Assembly (NCBI GenBank): GCA_026770705.1
Contig: JANJGN010000163.1
Location: 868,001 to 932,000, forward strand
From: Isurus oxyrinchus
Taxonomy: Eukaryota
Direction of reading: 5' to 3'
Length of the DNA: 64,000 bases
In this document: positions 29,245 through 44,900 of the stretch, piece by piece
Position numbering within the stretch: position 1 is the first letter of the stretch
Layout: each line of letters opens with the position of its first letter
Notes under the pieces: generated by a model
Databases searched by the model: none
What the model saw: only the letters and a program-made list of their open reading frames with translations
What the model was told of the DNA's origin: nothing
Program-made: the position numbers and the translations under genes

Positions 29245-29480
29245 ATTATTATTGATGGGCCATCAGCATTGTCACCTGTACCAATCCATCTCTCCTCACC
29301 TGCTCATCCCCTAAAGAGCTCCTATTTCATTGTGCAGTTGTTATTTTTTTATCCAATTCAGCTCCCTCAACTCGGCCAGGCAGAAAATTCCAGATCACAA
29401 CATCTCCCTGCGTAGAAAAGAAACTCTCCTTCTGCGCTCTCTTCAGCTTTTGCTAATTCCCTTCACTCTATGGACTCTAT
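29245..29480 (-). mobile_element. Old CR1-like LINE 3' fragment
   Basis: ggcagaaaattccagatcacaac...ctgcgtagaaaa...cttttgctaatt...ctatggactct resembles, from memory, the reverse complement of elasmobranch CR1 3' ends. Confidence 0.45.
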
Positions 29481-29645
29481 TGTTTATAGACGACACGCTC
29501 GGCGGATTGACTCTCCTTATCACCTCTATCCAATCACTCCTGACAGTAGCTAACTGTGATAATATCACCCCGCCTATCCTACTGTCCTGTATAATTGTGT
29601 AAACGTACCGACAGAAGCAATGTGGGGGAGGCTGGTTTCTCAGAC

Positions 29646-29677
29646 AGTGACGTTTGCACCATAATAACCAGCAGATG
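29646..29677 (+). promoter_or_regulatory. Putative V-gene promoter: CRE/decamer-like AGTGACGT, AT-rich box and E-box
   Basis: AGTGACGTTT at 29646 matches 8/10 of the TCR V-beta decamer AGTGAYRTCA, 130 bp upstream of the leader ATG. ATAATAA at 29661, CAGATG at 29672. Confidence 0.55.
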
Positions 29678-29775
29678 CTCCGAGTGTAACCAGTCCCAGC
29701 AGAGACGCTGCCCTCACATGGGTTATTGGGCTACACTCCAATCACACATCGACCTGGGTGTCGAAGGAATAGATC

Positions 29776-29824
29776 ATGCTTCCCGGAGTTTACTCTCTCA
29801 TCTCGGTGGCTGCGATTTTGCCAC
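29776..29824 (+). CDS. TRBV: Leader (signal peptide) exon of a TCR-beta-like V gene, MLPGVYSLISVAAILP+1 nt
   Basis: ATG at 29776, 16 mostly hydrophobic codons plus 1 nt (49 bp, a common TRBV leader-exon length), donor C|GTATGT. The phase-1 junction joins in frame to the V exon (C+GA = Arg). Confidence 0.75.
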
Positions 29825-29884
29825 GTATGTCAAAGTTCACCAGGTAGTGGGGGGAGGGGGGGGGTAATTGTTTCTGATACTGAG

Positions 29885-29990
29885 TTGCGATTTAGTCGGT
29901 AGAAACTCTCACATCTGAGTGAGTAGGTGAGAGGAAGGAGATTCACTCCAGACGGTTTGAGCTTGAAGCCAAGGCTGGAAACTCCATGTG
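29885..29990 (+). mobile_element. 5' tRNA-derived head of a Deu-domain (SacSINE1-like) SINE, interrupted by the 22-bp array
   Basis: ttagtcggtagaaactctcacatctgagt...cactccaga...ttgagc...aggctggaaactcca follows the recalled consensus tcagttggtagcactctcgcctctgagt...cactccag...ttgagc...aggctgacactcca. Confidence 0.6.
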
Positions 29991-32900
29991 TCACTACTGA
30001 ACTCTCCATGTGTCACTACTGAACTCTCCATGTGTCACTACTGAACTCTCCATGTGTCACTACTGGACACTCCATGTGTCACTACTGAACTCTCCATGTG
30101 TCACTACTGAACTCTCCATGTGTCACTACTGGACACTCCATGTGTCACTACTGGACACTCCATGTGTCACTACTGAACTCTCCACGTGTCACTACTGAAC
30201 TCTCCATGTGTCACTACTCGACACTCCATGTGTCACTACTGAACTCTCCATGTGTCACTACTGAACTCTCCATGTGTCACAATTGAACTCTCCATGTGTC
30301 ACTACTGAACTCTCCACGTGTCACTACTGAACTCTCCATGTGACACTACTCGACACTCCATGTGTCACTACTGAACTCTCCATGTGTCACTACTGAACTC
30401 TCCATGTGTCACTACTCGACACTCCATGTGTCACTACTGAACTCTCCATGTGTCACTACTGGACAATCCATGTGTCACTACTGAAATCTCCATGTGTCAC
30501 TACTCGACACTCAATGTATCACTACTGAACGCTCCATGTGTCACTACTGGACACTCCATGTGTCACTTCGGGACACTCAATGTGTCACTACTAAACTCTC
30601 CATGTGTCACTACTGGACATTCCATGTGCCACTACTGAACTCTCCATGTGTCACTACTGGACACTCCACGTGTCACTACTAGACACTCCATGTGTCACTA
30701 CTGGACATTCCATGAGTCACTACTGAACTCTCCATGTGTCACTACTGAACTCTCCATGTATCACTACTGGACACTCCATGTGACACTACTAGACACTCCA
30801 TGTGTCACTACTGGACGCTCCATGTGTCACTACTGGACATTGCATGTGTCACTACTGAACTCTCCATGTGTCAGTACAGAACTCTCCATGTGTCACTACT
30901 CGACACTACATGTGTCACTACTGAACTCTCCATGTGTCACTACTGGACACTCCATGTGTCACTACTGTACATTCAATGTGTCACTACTGAACTCTCCACG
31001 TGTCACTACTGGACACTCGATGTGTCACTACTGAACTCCCCATGTGTCACTACTCGACACTCCATGTGTCACTACTGAACTCTCCATGTGTAACTACTGA
31101 ACAATAGGTGTCACTACTGAACTCTCCATGTGTCACTACTGGACTCTCCATGAGTCACTACTGGACACTCCATGTGTCACTACTGGACACTCCATGTTTC
31201 ACTACTGAACTCCCCATGTGTCACTACTGGACACTCCATCAGTCACTACTGGACACTCCATGTGTCACTACTGAACTCTCCATGTCTCACTACTGAACTC
31301 TCCATGAGTCACTACAGGACACTCCATGTGTCACTACTGAACTCTCAATGTGTCACTACTGGACACTCCATGTGTCACTACCCGACACACCATGTGTCAC
31401 TACTGGACACTTCATGTGTCACTGCTGGATACTCCATGTGTCACTACTGAACTCTCCATGTGTCACTACTGGACACACCATGTGTCACTACTGGACACTC
31501 CATGTATCACTACCGAACTCTCCATGTGTCATTACCGGACACTCCATGTGTCATTACTGGACACTCCATGTGTCACTACTGGACACTCCATGTGTCACTA
31601 CTGGACACTCCATCTGTCACTACTGAACTCTCCATGTGTCACTACTGAACTCTCCATGTGTCACTGCTGGACACTCCATGTGTCACTACTGAACTCTCCA
31701 TGTGTCACTACTGGACACTCCATGCATCACTACTGAACTCTCCATGCGTCACTACTGGACACTCCATGTCACACAATTGAACTCTCCATGTGTCACTACT
31801 CGACACTCTATGTATCACTACTGAACGCTCCATCTGTCACTACCGGACATTCCATGTGTCACTACTGGACACTCCATGTGTCACTACTGAACTCTCCATG
31901 TGTCACTACTGGACACTCCAAGTGTCACTACCGGACACTCCATGTGTCACTACCGGACATTCCATGTGTCACTACTGAACTCTCCACGTGTCACTACTAG
32001 ACACTCCACGTGTCACTACTGAACTCTCCATGTGTCACTACTGAACTCTCCATGTGTTACTACTGAACTCTACATGTGTCACTACTGAACTCTCTATGTG
32101 TCACTACTGAACTCTCCATGTGTCACTACTGAACTCTCCATGTGTCACTACTGAACTCTCCATGTGTCACTACTGAACTCTCTATGTGTCACTGCTGAAC
32201 TCTCCATGTGTCACTACTGAACTCTCTATGTGTCACTGCTGAACTCTCCATGTGTCACTACTGAACTCTCCATGTGTCACTACTGAACTCTCCATGTGTC
32301 ACTACTGGACACTCCAAGTGTCACTACTGAAGTCTCCATGTGTCACTACTGAGCTCTCCATGTGTCACTACTGAACTCTCCATGTGTCACTACTGGACAA
32401 TCCATGTGTCACTACTGAAATTTCCATGTGTCACTACTCGACACTCAATGTATCACTACTGAACGCTCCATGTGTCACTACTGGACATTCCATGTGTCAC
32501 TACTGAACTCTCCATGTGTCACTTCTGGACACTCCACGTGTCACTACTAGACACTCCATGTGTCACTACTGGACATTCCATGAGTCCCTACTGAACTCTC
32601 CATGTGTCACTACTGAACTCTCCATGTGTCACTACTGGACACTCCATGTGACACTACTAGACACTCCATGTGTCACTACTGGACACTCCTTGTGTCACTA
32701 CTGGACATTGCATGTGTCACTACTGAACTCTCCATGTGTCACTACAGAACTCTCCATGTGTCACTACTCGACACTACATGTGTCACTACTGAACTCTCCA
32801 TGTGTCACTACTGAACTCTCCATGTGTCACTACTGGACACTCCATGTGTCTCTACTGAACTCTCCATGTGTCACTACTGAACTCTCCATGTGTCGCTACT

Positions 32901-35900
32901 GGACACTCCATGTGTCACTACTGAACTCCCAATGTGTCACTACTCGACACTCCATGTGTCACTACTGAAATCTCCATGTGTAACTACTGAACTCTAGGTG
33001 TCACTACTGAACTCCCCATGTGTCACTACTGGACTCACCATGAGTCACTACTGGACGCTCCATGTGTCACTACTGGACACTCCATGTGTCACTACTGAAC
33101 TCTCCATGTGTCACTACTGAACTCTCCATGTGTCACTACTGGACACTTCATGTGTCACTACTGAACTCTCCATGTGTCACTACTGGACATTCCATGTGCC
33201 ACTACTGAACTCTCCATGTGTCACTACTGGACACTCCACGTGTCACTACTAGACACTCCATGTGTCACTACTGGACATTCCTTGAGTCACTACTGAACTC
33301 TCCATGTGTCACTACTGAACTCTCCATGTATCACTACTGGACACTCCATGTGACACTACTAGACACTCCATGTGTCACTACTGGACGCTCCATGTGTCAC
33401 TACTGGACATTGCATGTGTCACTACTGAACTCTCCATGTGTCAGTACAGAACTCTCCATGTGTCACTACTCGACACTACATGTGTCACTACTGAACTCTC
33501 CATGTGTCACTACTGGACACTCCATGTGTCACTACTGTACATTCAATGTGTCACTACTGAACTCTCCACGTGTCACTACTGGACACTCGATGTGTCACTA
33601 CTGAACTCCCCATGTGTCACTACTCGACACTCCATGTGTCACTACTGAACTCTCCATGTGTAACTACTGAACAATAGGTGTCACTACTGAACTCTCCATG
33701 TGTCACTACTGGACTCTCCATGAGTCACTACTGGACACTCCATGTGTCACTACTGGACACTCCATGTTTCACTACTGAACTCCCCATGTGTCACTACTGG
33801 ACACTCCATGAGTCACTACTGGACACTCCATGTGTCACTACTGAACTCTCCATGTCTCACTACTGAACTCTCCATGAGTCACTACAGGACACTCCATGTG
33901 TCACTACTGAACTCTCAATGTGTCACTACTGGACACTCCATGTGTCACTACCCGACACACCATGTGTCACTACTGGACACTTCATGTGTCACTGCTGGAT
34001 ACTCCATGTGTCACTACTGAACTCTCCATGTGTCACTACTGGACACACCATGTGTCACTACTGGACACTCCATGTATCACTACCGAACTCTCCATGTGTC
34101 ATTACCGGACACTCCATGTGTCATTACTGGACACTCCATGTGTCACTACTGGACACTCCATGTGTCACTACTGGACACTCCATCTGTCACTACTGAACTC
34201 TCCATGTGTCACTACTGAACTCTCCATGTGTCACTGCTGGACACTCCATGTGTCACTACTGAACTCTCCATGTGTCACTACTGGACACTCCATGCATCAC
34301 TACTGAACTCTCCATGCGTCACTACTGGACACTCCATGTCACACAATTGAACTCTCCATGTGTCACTACTCGACACTCTATGTATCACTACTGAACGCTC
34401 CATCTGTCACTACCGGACATTCCATGTGTCACTACTGGACACTCCATGTGTCACTACTGAACTCTCCATGTGTCACTACTGGACACTCCAAGTGTCACTA
34501 CCGGACACTCCATGTGTCACTACCGGACATTCCATGTGTCACTACTGAACTCTCCACGTGTCACTACTAGACACTCCACGTGTCACTACTGAACTCTCCA
34601 TGTGTCACTACTGAACACTCCATGTGTTACTACTGAACTCTACATGTGTCACTACTGAACTCTCTATGTGTCACTACTGAACTCTCCATGTGTCACTACT
34701 GAACTCTCCATGTGTCACTACTGAACTCTCCATGTGTCACTACTGAACTCTCTATGTGTCACTGCTGAACTCTCCATGTGTCACTACTGAACTCTCTATG
34801 TGTCACTGCTGAACTCTCCATGTGTCACTACTGAACTCTCCATGTGTCACTACTGAACTCTCCATGTGTCACTACTGGACACTCCAAGTGTCACTACTGA
34901 AGTCTCCATGTGTCACTACTGAGCTCTCCATGTGTCACTACTGAACTCTCCATGTGTCACTACTGGACAATCCATGTGTCACTACTGAAATTTCCATGTG
35001 TCACTACTCGACACTCAATGTATCACTACTGAACGCTCCATGTGTCACTACTGGACATTCCATGTGTCACTACTGAACTCTCCATGTGTCACTTCTGGAC
35101 ACTCCACGTGTCACTACTAGACACTCCATGTGTCACTACTGGACATTCCATGAGTCCCTACTGAACTCTCCATGTGTCACTACTGAACTCTCCATGTGTC
35201 ACTACTGGACACTCCATGTGACACTACTAGACACTCCATGTGTCACTACTGGACACTCCTTGTGTCACTACTGGACATTGCATGTGTCACTACTGAACTC
35301 TCCATGTGTCACTACAGAACTCTCCATGTGTCACTACTCGACACTACATGTGTCACTACTGAACTCTCCATGTGTCACTACTGAACTCTCCATGTGTCAC
35401 TACTGGACACTCCATGTGTCTCTACTGAACTCTCCATGTGTCACTACTGAACTCTCCATGTGTCGCTACGGGACACTCCATGTGTCACTACTGAACTCCC
35501 AATGTGTCACTACTCGACACTCCATGTGTCACTACTGAAATCTCCATGTGTAACTACTGAACTCTAGGTGTCACTACTGAACTCCCCATGTGTCACTACT
35601 GGACTCACCATGAGTCACTACTGGACACTCCATGTGTCACTACTGGACACTCCATGTGTCACTACTGAACTCTCCATGTGTCACTACTGAACTCTCCATG
35701 TGTCACTACTGGACACTTCATGTGTCACTACTGAACTCTCCATGTGTCACTACTGGACACTCCATGTGTCACTACTGGACACTTCATGTGTCACTACTGA
35801 ACTCTCCATGTGTCACTACTGAACTCTCCATGTGTCACTACTGGACACTCCATGTGTCACTAAAGACTCTCCATGTGTCACTACTGAACTCTCCATGTGT

Positions 35901-38900
35901 CACTACTGGACACTCCATGTGTCACTGCTGAACTCTCCATGTGTCACTACTGAACTCTCCATGTGTCACTACTGGACACTCCATGTGTCACTGCTGAACT
36001 CTCCATGTGTCACTACTGAACTCTCCATGTGTCACTACTGAACTCTCCATGTGTCACTACTGGACACTCCATGTGTCACTGCTGAACTCTCCATGTGTCA
36101 CTACTGAACTCTCTATGTGTCACTGCTGAACTCTCCATGTGTCACTACTGAACTCTCCATGTGTCACTACTGAACTCTCCATGTGTCACTACTGGACACT
36201 CCATGTGTCACTACTGAACTCTCCATGTGTCACTACTGAGCTCTCCATGTGTCACTACTCGACACTCCATGTGTCACTACTGAACTCTCCATGTGTCACT
36301 ACTGGACAATCCATGTGTCACTACTGAAATCTCCATGTGTCACTACTCGACACTCAATGTATCACTACTGAACGCTCCATGTGTCACTACTGGATACTCC
36401 ATGTGTCACTACTGGACACTCAATGTGTCACTACTAAACTCTCCATGTGTCACTACTGGACATTCCATGTGTCACTACTGAACTCTCCATGTGTCACTGC
36501 TGGACACTCCATGTGTCACTACTGGACATTCCATGTGTCACTACTGAACTCTCCATGTGTCACTTCTGGACACTCCACGTGTCACTACTAGACACTCCAT
36601 GTGTCACTACTGGACATTCCATGAGTCCCTACTGAACTCTCCATGTGTCACTACTGAACTCTCCATGTGTCACTACTGGACACTCCATGTGACACTACTA
36701 GACACTCCATGTGTCACTACTGGACGCTCCTTGTGTCACTACTGGACATTGCATGTGTCACTACTGAACTCTACAAGTGTCACTACTGAACTCTCCATGT
36801 GTCACTACTGAACTCTCCATGTGTCACTACTGGACACTCCATGTGTCACTACTGAACTCTCCATGTGTCACTACTGAACTCTCCATGTGTCACTACTGGA
36901 CACTCCATGTGTCACTACTGGACACTCCATGTGTCACTACTGAACTCCCCATGTGTCACTACTCGACACTCCATGTGTCACTACTGAACTCTCCATGTGT
37001 AACTACTGAACTCTAGGTGTCACTACTGAACTCTCCATGTGTCACTACTGGACTCTCCATGAGTCACTACTGGACACTCCATGTGTCACTACTGGACACT
37101 CCATGTGTCACTACTGAACTCTCCATGTGTCACTACTGAACTCTCCATGTGTCACTACTGGACACTCCATGTGTCACTACTGAACTCTCCATGTGTCACT
37201 ACTGGACACTCCATGTGTCACTACTGGACACTTCATGTGTCACTACTGAACTCTCCACGTGTCACTACTGGATACTCCATGTGTCACTACTGAACTCCCC
37301 ATGTGTCACTACTCGACACTCCATGTGTCACTGCTGAACACTAGGTGTCACTTCTGAACTCTCCATGTGTCACTACTGGACTCTCCATGAGTCCCTATTG
37401 GACACTCCATGTGTCACTACTGAACTCTCCATGTGTCACTACCGAACTCTCCATGAGTCACTACAGGACACTCCATGTGTCACTACTGAACTCTCCATGT
37501 GTCACTACTGGACACTCCATGTGTCACTACTCGACACACCATGTGTCACTACTGGACACTCCATGTGTCACTGCTGGACACTCCATGTGTCACTACCGAA
37601 CCCTCCATGTGTCAGTACTGGACACTCCATGTATCACTACCGAACCCTCCATGTGTCATTACCGGACACTCCATTTGTCATTACTGGATACTCCATGTGT
37701 CACTACTGGACACTCCATGTGTCACTACTGGACACTCCATCTGACACTACTGAACTCTCCATGTGTCACTACTGAACTCTCCATGTGTCACCACTGGACA
37801 CTCCATGTGTCACTACTGGACACTCCATGCGTCACTACTGAACTCTCCATGTGTCACTACTGGACACTCCATGTCTCACAATTGAACTCTCCATGTGTCA
37901 CTACTGGACACTCCAAGTGTCACTACCGGACACTCCATGTGTCACTACCGGACATTCCATGTGTCACTACTGAACTCTCCATGTGTCACTAGTGGACACT
38001 CCACGTGTCACTACTGGACACTCCATGTGTCACTACTGAACTCTCCATGTGTCACTACTGAACTCTCCATGTGTCACTACTGGACACTCCATGTGTCACT
38101 ACTGAACTCTCCATGTGTCACTACTGGACACTCCATGTGTCACTACTGAACTCTCCACATGTCACTACTCGACAATCCATGTATCACTACTGAACACTCC
38201 ATGTGTCACTACTGGACACTCCATGTGTCACTACTGTACATTCAATGTGTCACTACTGAACTCTCCATGTGTCATTACTGGACACTCAATGTGTCACTAC
38301 TGGACATTTCACGTGTCACTACTAGACACTCCATGTCTCACTACTGGACATTCCATGTGTCACTACTGAACTCTCCATGTGTTACTACTGAACTCTACAT
38401 GTGTCACTACTGAACTCTCTATGTGTCACTACTGAACTCTCCATGTGTCTCTACTGAACTCTCCACGTGTCACTACTGAACTCTCCACGTGTCACTACTG
38501 AACTCTCTATGTGTCACTACTGAACTCTCTATGTGTCACTACTGAACTCTCCATGTGTCACTACTGAACTCTCTATGTGTCACTTCTGGACACTCCATGT
38601 GTCACTACTGAACTCTCCATGTGTCACTACTGCGCTCTCCATGTGTCACTACTCGACACTCCATGTGTCACTACTGAACTCTCCATGTGTCACTACTGGA
38701 CACTCCATGTGTCACTACTGAACTCTCCATGTGTAACTACTGAACTCTAGGTGTCACTACTGAACTCTCCATGTGTCACTACTGGAATCTCCATGAGTCA
38801 CTACTGGACACTCCATGTGTCACTACTGAACTCTCCATGTGTCACTACTGAACTCTCCATGAGTCACTACAGGACACTCCATGTGTCACTACTGAACTCT

Positions 38901-41900
38901 CCATGTGTCACTACTGGACACTCCATGTGTCACTACTCGACACACCATGTGTCACTACTGGACACTCCATGTGTCACTGCTGGACACTCCATGTGTCACT
39001 ACTGAACTCTCCATGTGTCAGTACTGGACACTCCATGTATCACTACCGAACTCTCCATGTGTCATTACCGGACACTCCATGTGTCATTACTGGATACTCC
39101 ATGTGTCACTACTGGACACTCCATGTGTCACTACTGGACACTCCATCTGTCACTACTGAACTCTCCATGTGTCACTACTGAACTCTCCATGTGTCACCAC
39201 TGGACACTGCATGTGTCACTACTGGACACTCCATGCGTCACTACTGAACTCTCCATGCGTCACTACTGGACACTCCATGTCTCACAATTGAACTCTCCAT
39301 GTGTCACTACTCGACACTCCATTTATCACTGCTGAACGCTCCATCTGACACTACCGGACATTCCATGTGTCACTACTGGACACTCCATTTGTCACTACTG
39401 AACTCTCCATGTGTCACTACTGGACACTCCATGTGTCACTACCGGACACTCCATTTGTCACTACCGGACATTCCCTGTGTCACTACTGAACTCTCCATGT
39501 GTCACTACTGGACACTCCATGTGTCACTACTAGACACTCCATGTGTCACTACTGAACTCTCCATGTGTCACTGCTGGACACTCCATGTGTCACTACTGGA
39601 CACTCCATGTGTCACTACTGAACTCTCCATGTGTCACTACTGCACTCTCCATGTGTCACTACTCGACACTCCATGTGTCACTACTGAACTCTCCATGTGT
39701 CACTGCTGGACACTCCATGTGTTACTACTGGACACTCCATGTGTCACTACTGAACTCTCCATGTGTCACTACTGCACTCTCCATGTGTCACTACTCGACA
39801 CTCCATGTGTCACTACTGAACTCTCCATGTGTCACTGCTGGACACTCCATGTGTCACTACTGAACTCTCCATGTGTAACTACTGAACTCTAGGTGTCACT
39901 ACTGAACTCTCCATGTGTCACTACTGGACTCTCCATGAGTCACTACTGGACACTCCATGTGTCACTACTGAACTCTCCATGTGTCACTACTGAACTCTCC
40001 ATGAGTCACTACAGGACACTCCATGTGTCACTACTGAACTCTCCATGTGTCACTACTGGACACTCCATGTGTCACTACTCGACACACCATGTGTCACTAC
40101 TGGACACTCCAGGTGTCACTGCTGGACACTCCATGTGTCACTACTGAACTCTCCATGTGTCAGTACTGGACACTCCATGTATCACTACCGAACTCTCCAT
40201 GTGTCATTACCGGACACTCCATGTGTCATTACTGGATACTCCATGTGTCACTACTGGACACTCCATGTGTCACTACTGGACACTCCATCTGTCACTACTG
40301 AACTCTCCATGTGTCACTACTGAACTCTCCATGTGTCACCACTGGACACTCCATGTGTCACTACTGGACACTCCATGCGTCACTACTGAACTCTCCATGC
40401 GTCACTACTGGACACTCCATGTCTCACAATTGAACTCTCCATGTGTCACTACTCGACACTCCATTTATCACTGCTGAACGCTCCATCTGACACTACCGGA
40501 CATTCCATGTGTCACTACTGGACACTCCATTTGTCACTACTGAACTCTCCATGTGTCACTACTGGACACTCCATGTGTCACTACCGGACACTCCATTTGT
40601 CACTACCGGACATTCCCTGTGTCACTACTGAACTCTCCATGTGTCACTACTGGACACTCCATGTGTCACTACTAGACACTCCATGTGTCACTACTGAAAT
40701 CTCCATGTGTCACTGCTGGACACTCCATGTGTCACTACTGGACACTCCATGTGTCACTACTGAACTCTCCATGTGTCACTACTGCACTCTCCATGTGTCA
40801 CTACTCGACACTCCATGTGTCCCTACTGAACTCTCCATGTGTCACTGCTGGACACTCCATGTGTCACTACTGAACTCTCCACATGTCACTACTCGACACT
40901 CCATGTATCACACTGAACACTCCATGTGTCACTACTGGACACTGCATGTGTCACTACTGGGCATTCCACGTGTCACTACTAGACACTCCATGTCTCACTA
41001 CTGGATATTCTATGAGTCACTACTGAACTCTCCATGTGTCACTACTGAACTCTACATTTGTCACTACTGGACACTCCATGTGACAATACTAGACACTCCA
41101 TGTGTCACTACTGGACCCTACTTGTGTCACTACTGGACATTGCATGTGTCACTACTGAACTCTCCATGTGTCACTACAGAACTCTCCATGTGTCACTACT
41201 CGACACTACATGTGTCACTACTGAACTCTCCTTTTATTTGTACTGAACTCTCCATGTGTCACTACTGAAATCTCCATGTGTCACTACTGGACACTCCATG
41301 TGTCACTACTGAACTCTCCATGTGTCACTACTGAACTCTCCATGTGTCACTACTGGACACTCCATGTGTCACTACTGAACTCTCCATGTGTCACTACTGA
41401 ACTCCCCATGTGTCACTACTCGACACTCCATGTGTCACTACTGAACTCTCCATGTGCAACTACTGAACTCTAGGTGTCACTACTGAACTCTCCATGTGTC
41501 ACTACTGGACTCTCCATGAGTCACTACTGGACACTCCATGTGTCACTACTGAACTCTCCATGTGTCACTACTGAACTCTCCATGAGTCACTACAGGACAC
41601 TCCATGTGTCGCTACTGAACTCTCCATGGGTCACTACTGGACACTCCATGTGTCACTACTGGACACTCCATTTGTCACTACCGGACATTCCCTGTGTCAC
41701 TACTGAACTCTCCATGTGTCACTACTGGACACTCCACGTGTCACTACTAGACACTCCATGTGTCACTACTGGACACTCCATGTGTCACTGCTGGACACTC
41801 CATGTGTCACTACTGAACTCTCCATGTGTCAGTACTGGACACTCCATGTATCACTACCGAACTCTCCATGTGTCATTACCGGACACTCCATGTGTCATTA

Positions 41901-44900
41901 CTGGATACTCCATGTGTCACTACTGGACACTCCATGTGTCACTACTGGACACTCCATCTGTCACTACTGAACTCTCCATGTGTCACTACTGAACTCTCCA
42001 TGTGTCACCACTGGACACTCCATGTGTCACTACTGGACACTCCATGCGTCACTACTGAACTCTCCATGCGTCACTACTGGACACTCCACGTCTCACAATT
42101 GAACTCTCCATGTGTCACTACTCGACACTCCATGTATCACTACTGAACGCTCCATCTGTCACTACCGGACATTCCATGTGTCACTACTGGACACTCCATG
42201 TGTCACTACCGGACACTCCATTTGTCACTACCGGTCATTCCCTGTGTCACTACTGAACTCTCCATGTGTCACTACTGGACACTCCACGTGTCACTACTAG
42301 ACACTCCATGTGTCACTACTGAACTCTCCATGTGTCACTGCTGGACACTCCATGTGTCACTACTGGACACTCCATGTGTCACTGCTGGACACTCCATGTG
42401 TCACTACTGAACTCTCCATGTGTCAGTACTGGACACTCCATGTATCACTACCGAACTCTCCATGTGTCATTACCGGACACTCCATGTGTCATTACTGGAT
42501 ACTCCATGTATCACTACTGGACACTCCATGTGTCACTACTGGACACTCCATCTGTCACTACTGAACTCTCCATGTGTCACTACTGAACTCTCCATGTGTC
42601 ACCACTGGACACTCCATGTGTCACTACTGGACACTCCATGCGTCACTACTGAACTCTCCATGCGTCACTACTGGACACTCCATGTCTCACAATTGAACTC
42701 TCCATGTGTCACTACTCGACACTCCATTTATCACTGCTGAACGCTCCATCTGACACTACCGGACATTCCATGTGTCACTACTGGACACTCCATTTGTAAC
42801 TACTGAACTCTCCATGTGTCACTACTGGACACTCCATGTGTCACTACCGGACACTCCATTTGTCACTACCGGACATTCCCTGTGTCACTACTGAACTCTC
42901 CATGTGTCACTACTGGACACTCCATGTGTCACTACTAGACACTCCATGTGTCACTACTGAACTCTCCATGTGTCACTGCTGGACACTCCATGTGTCACTA
43001 CTGGACACTCCATGTGTCACTACTGAACTCTCCATGTGTCACTACTGCACTCTCCATGTGTCACTACTCGACACTCCATGTGTCACTACTGAACTCTCCA
43101 TGTGTCACTGCTGGACACTCCATGTGTTACTACTGGACACTCCATGTGTCACTACTGAACTCTCCATGTGTCCCTACTGCACTCTCCGTGTGTCACTACT
43201 CGACACTCCATGTGTCACTACTGAACTCTCCATGTGTCACTGCTGGACACTCCATGTGTCACTACTGAACTCTCCATGTGTAACTACTGAACTCTAGGTG
43301 TCACTACTGAACTCTCCATGTGTCACTACTGGACTCTCCATGAGTCACTACTGGACACTCCATGTGTCACTACTGAACTCTCCATGTGTCACTACTGAAC
43401 TCTCCATGAGTCACTACAGGACACTCCATGTGTCACTACTGAACTCTCCATGTGTCACTACTGGACACTCCATGTGTCACTACTCGACACACCATGTGTC
43501 ACTACTGGACACTCCAGGTGTCACTGCTGGACACTCCATGTGTCACTACTGAACTCTCCCTGTGTCAGTACTGGACACTCCATGTATCACTACCGAACTC
43601 TCCATGTGTCATTACCGGACACTCCATGTGTCATTACTGGATACTCCATGTGTCACTACTGGACACTCCATGTGTCACTACTGGACACTCCATCTGTCAC
43701 TACTGAACTCTCCATGTGTCACTACTGAACTCTCCATGTGTCACCACTGGACACTCCATGTGTCACTACTGGACACTCCATGCATCACTACTGAACTCTC
43801 CATGCGTCACTACTGGACACTCCATGTCTCACAATTGAACTCTCCATGTGTCACTACTCGACACTCCATTTATCACTGCTGAACGCTCCATCTGACACTA
43901 CCGGACATTCCATGTGTCACTACTGGACACTCCATTTGTCACTACTGAACTCTCCATGTGTCACTACTGGACACTCCATGTGTCACTACCGGACACTCCA
44001 TTTGTCACTACCGGACATTCCCAGTGTCACTACTGAACTCTCCATGTGTCACTACTGGACACTCCATGTGTCACTACTAGACACTCCATGTGTCACTACT
44101 GAAATCTCCATGTGTCACTGCTGGACACTCCATGTGTCACTACTGGACACTCCATGTGTCACTACTGAACTCTCCATGTGTCACTACTGCACTCTCCATG
44201 TGTCACTACTCGACACTCCATGTGTCACTACTGAACTCTCCATGTGTCACTGCTGGACACTCCATGTGTCACTACTGAACTCTCCACATGTCACTACTCG
44301 ACACTCCATGTATCACACTGAACACTCCATGTGTCACTACTGGACACTGCATGTGTCACTACTGGGCATTCCACGTGTCACTACTAGACACTCCATGTCT
44401 CACTACTGGACATTCTATGAGTCACTACTGAACTCTCCATGTGTCACTACTGAACTCTACATTTGTCACTACTGGACACTCCATGTGACACTACTAGACA
44501 CTCCATGTGCCACTACTGGACCCTACTTGTGTCACTACTGGACATTGCATGTGTCACTACTGAACTCTCCATGTGTCACTACAGAACTCTCCATGTGTCA
44601 CTACTCGACACTACATGTGTCACTACTGAACTCTCCTTTTATTTGTACTGAACTCTCCATGTGTCACTACTGAACTCTCCATGTGTCACTACTGGACACT
44701 CCATGTGTCACTACTGAACTCTCCATGTGTCACTACTGAACTCTCCATGTGTCACTACTGGACACTCCATGTGTCACTACTGAACTCTCCATGTGTCACT
44801 ACTGAACTCCCCATGTGTCACTACTCGACACTCCATGTGTCACTACTGAACTCTCCATGTGCAACTACTGAACTCTAGGTGTCACTACTGAACTCTCCAT

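Noticed and set aside
28919-29867. Three 90-aa ORFs between the first two arrays
   Set aside because: Non-ATG starts, overlap with decayed repeats and promoter, and no recognisable motifs; the leader exon is in a different frame.
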